Origin: Thermodesulfovibrio sp.
Lineage (GTDB): Bacteria > Nitrospirota > Thermodesulfovibrionia > Thermodesulfovibrionales > Thermodesulfovibrionaceae
Direction: 5' to 3'
Length of the DNA: 55,814 nt
Assembly: GCA_025060625.1 (NCBI GenBank)
Contig: JANXBR010000001.1
Location: forward strand, 1-55,814
In this document: positions 55,712 to 55,814 of the stretch, piece by piece
Numbering within the stretch: the first letter of the stretch is position 1
Layout: each line of letters begins with the position of its first letter
The notes under the pieces: model-generated
Databases searched by the model: none
Seen by the model: the letters and a program-made list of their open reading frames with translations, nothing else
Told to the model about the DNA's origin: nothing
Position numbers and translations under genes: made by a program

Positions 55712-55814
55712 ATGGGACTGTATAAAAGAGGCAACATCTGGTGGTTTTCCATCAATATAAAAGGCAAACAGTTCAGATTTTCTACTAAAACCTCTGACAG
55801 AAAAAAAGCAACTG
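55712..55814 (+). CDS. N-terminus of a phage-type tyrosine integrase (runs off window)
   Basis: AAGGAG then MGLYKRGNIWWFSINIKGKQFRFSTKTSDRKKAT, a typical arm-binding N-terminus. Catalytic domain not visible. Confidence 0.72.
   Translation, partial: MGLYKRGNIWWFSINIKGKQFRFSTKTSDRKKAT

Larger units (their letters stand above)
54900..55814 (+). mobile_element. End of an integrative element or prophage remnant (boundaries approximate)
   Basis: Co-oriented small ORF, Zn-ribbon, xis-like and int-like genes. No att site identified. Confidence 0.6.

Noticed and set aside
1-55814. CRISPR array, rRNA, tRNA or IS transposase
   Set aside because: No regularly spaced direct repeats, RNA-gene signatures or transposase ORFs were seen; intergenic gaps are nearly all under 300 bp.

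Overview
AT-rich bacterial chromosomal window. Gene content and style suggest a Thermodesulfovibrio-like anaerobe (inference only). It opens with the 3' end of a large Gly/Thr/Ser-rich exported protein, a gph-cooC-mazG operon, pilT/pilU, an Slp lipoprotein and mutL. A ~28 kb flagellar/chemotaxis region follows: fliLMN-fliO/P-fliQR-flhBAFG-fliA; HEAT-cheR-cheY-cheY-cheA-cheW/Z-cheB-HDOD; flgFGAHIJ-flgMNKL-csrA-fliW. It has two clear sigma54 promoters and one sigma28 promoter. Next come a GT9-methyltransferase fusion, a GalT-like protein, a binding protein/hybrid kinase/diguanylate cyclase module, an SDH-type protease, trkAH and four PAS/REC signalling genes. The right edge holds a Zn-ribbon/xis/integrase end of an integrative element. 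The best leads are: a CheW-CheZ fusion in an operon whose CheA lacks P2; a FliO-FliP fusion with an internal signal-peptide-like junction; a GalT homolog lacking its catalytic His; a highly structured ~150 nt intergenic element; FleQ-like enhancer boxes; and apparent leaderless transcripts. No rRNA, tRNA or CRISPR array was seen. All calls come from reading motifs by eye; no database searches were run.
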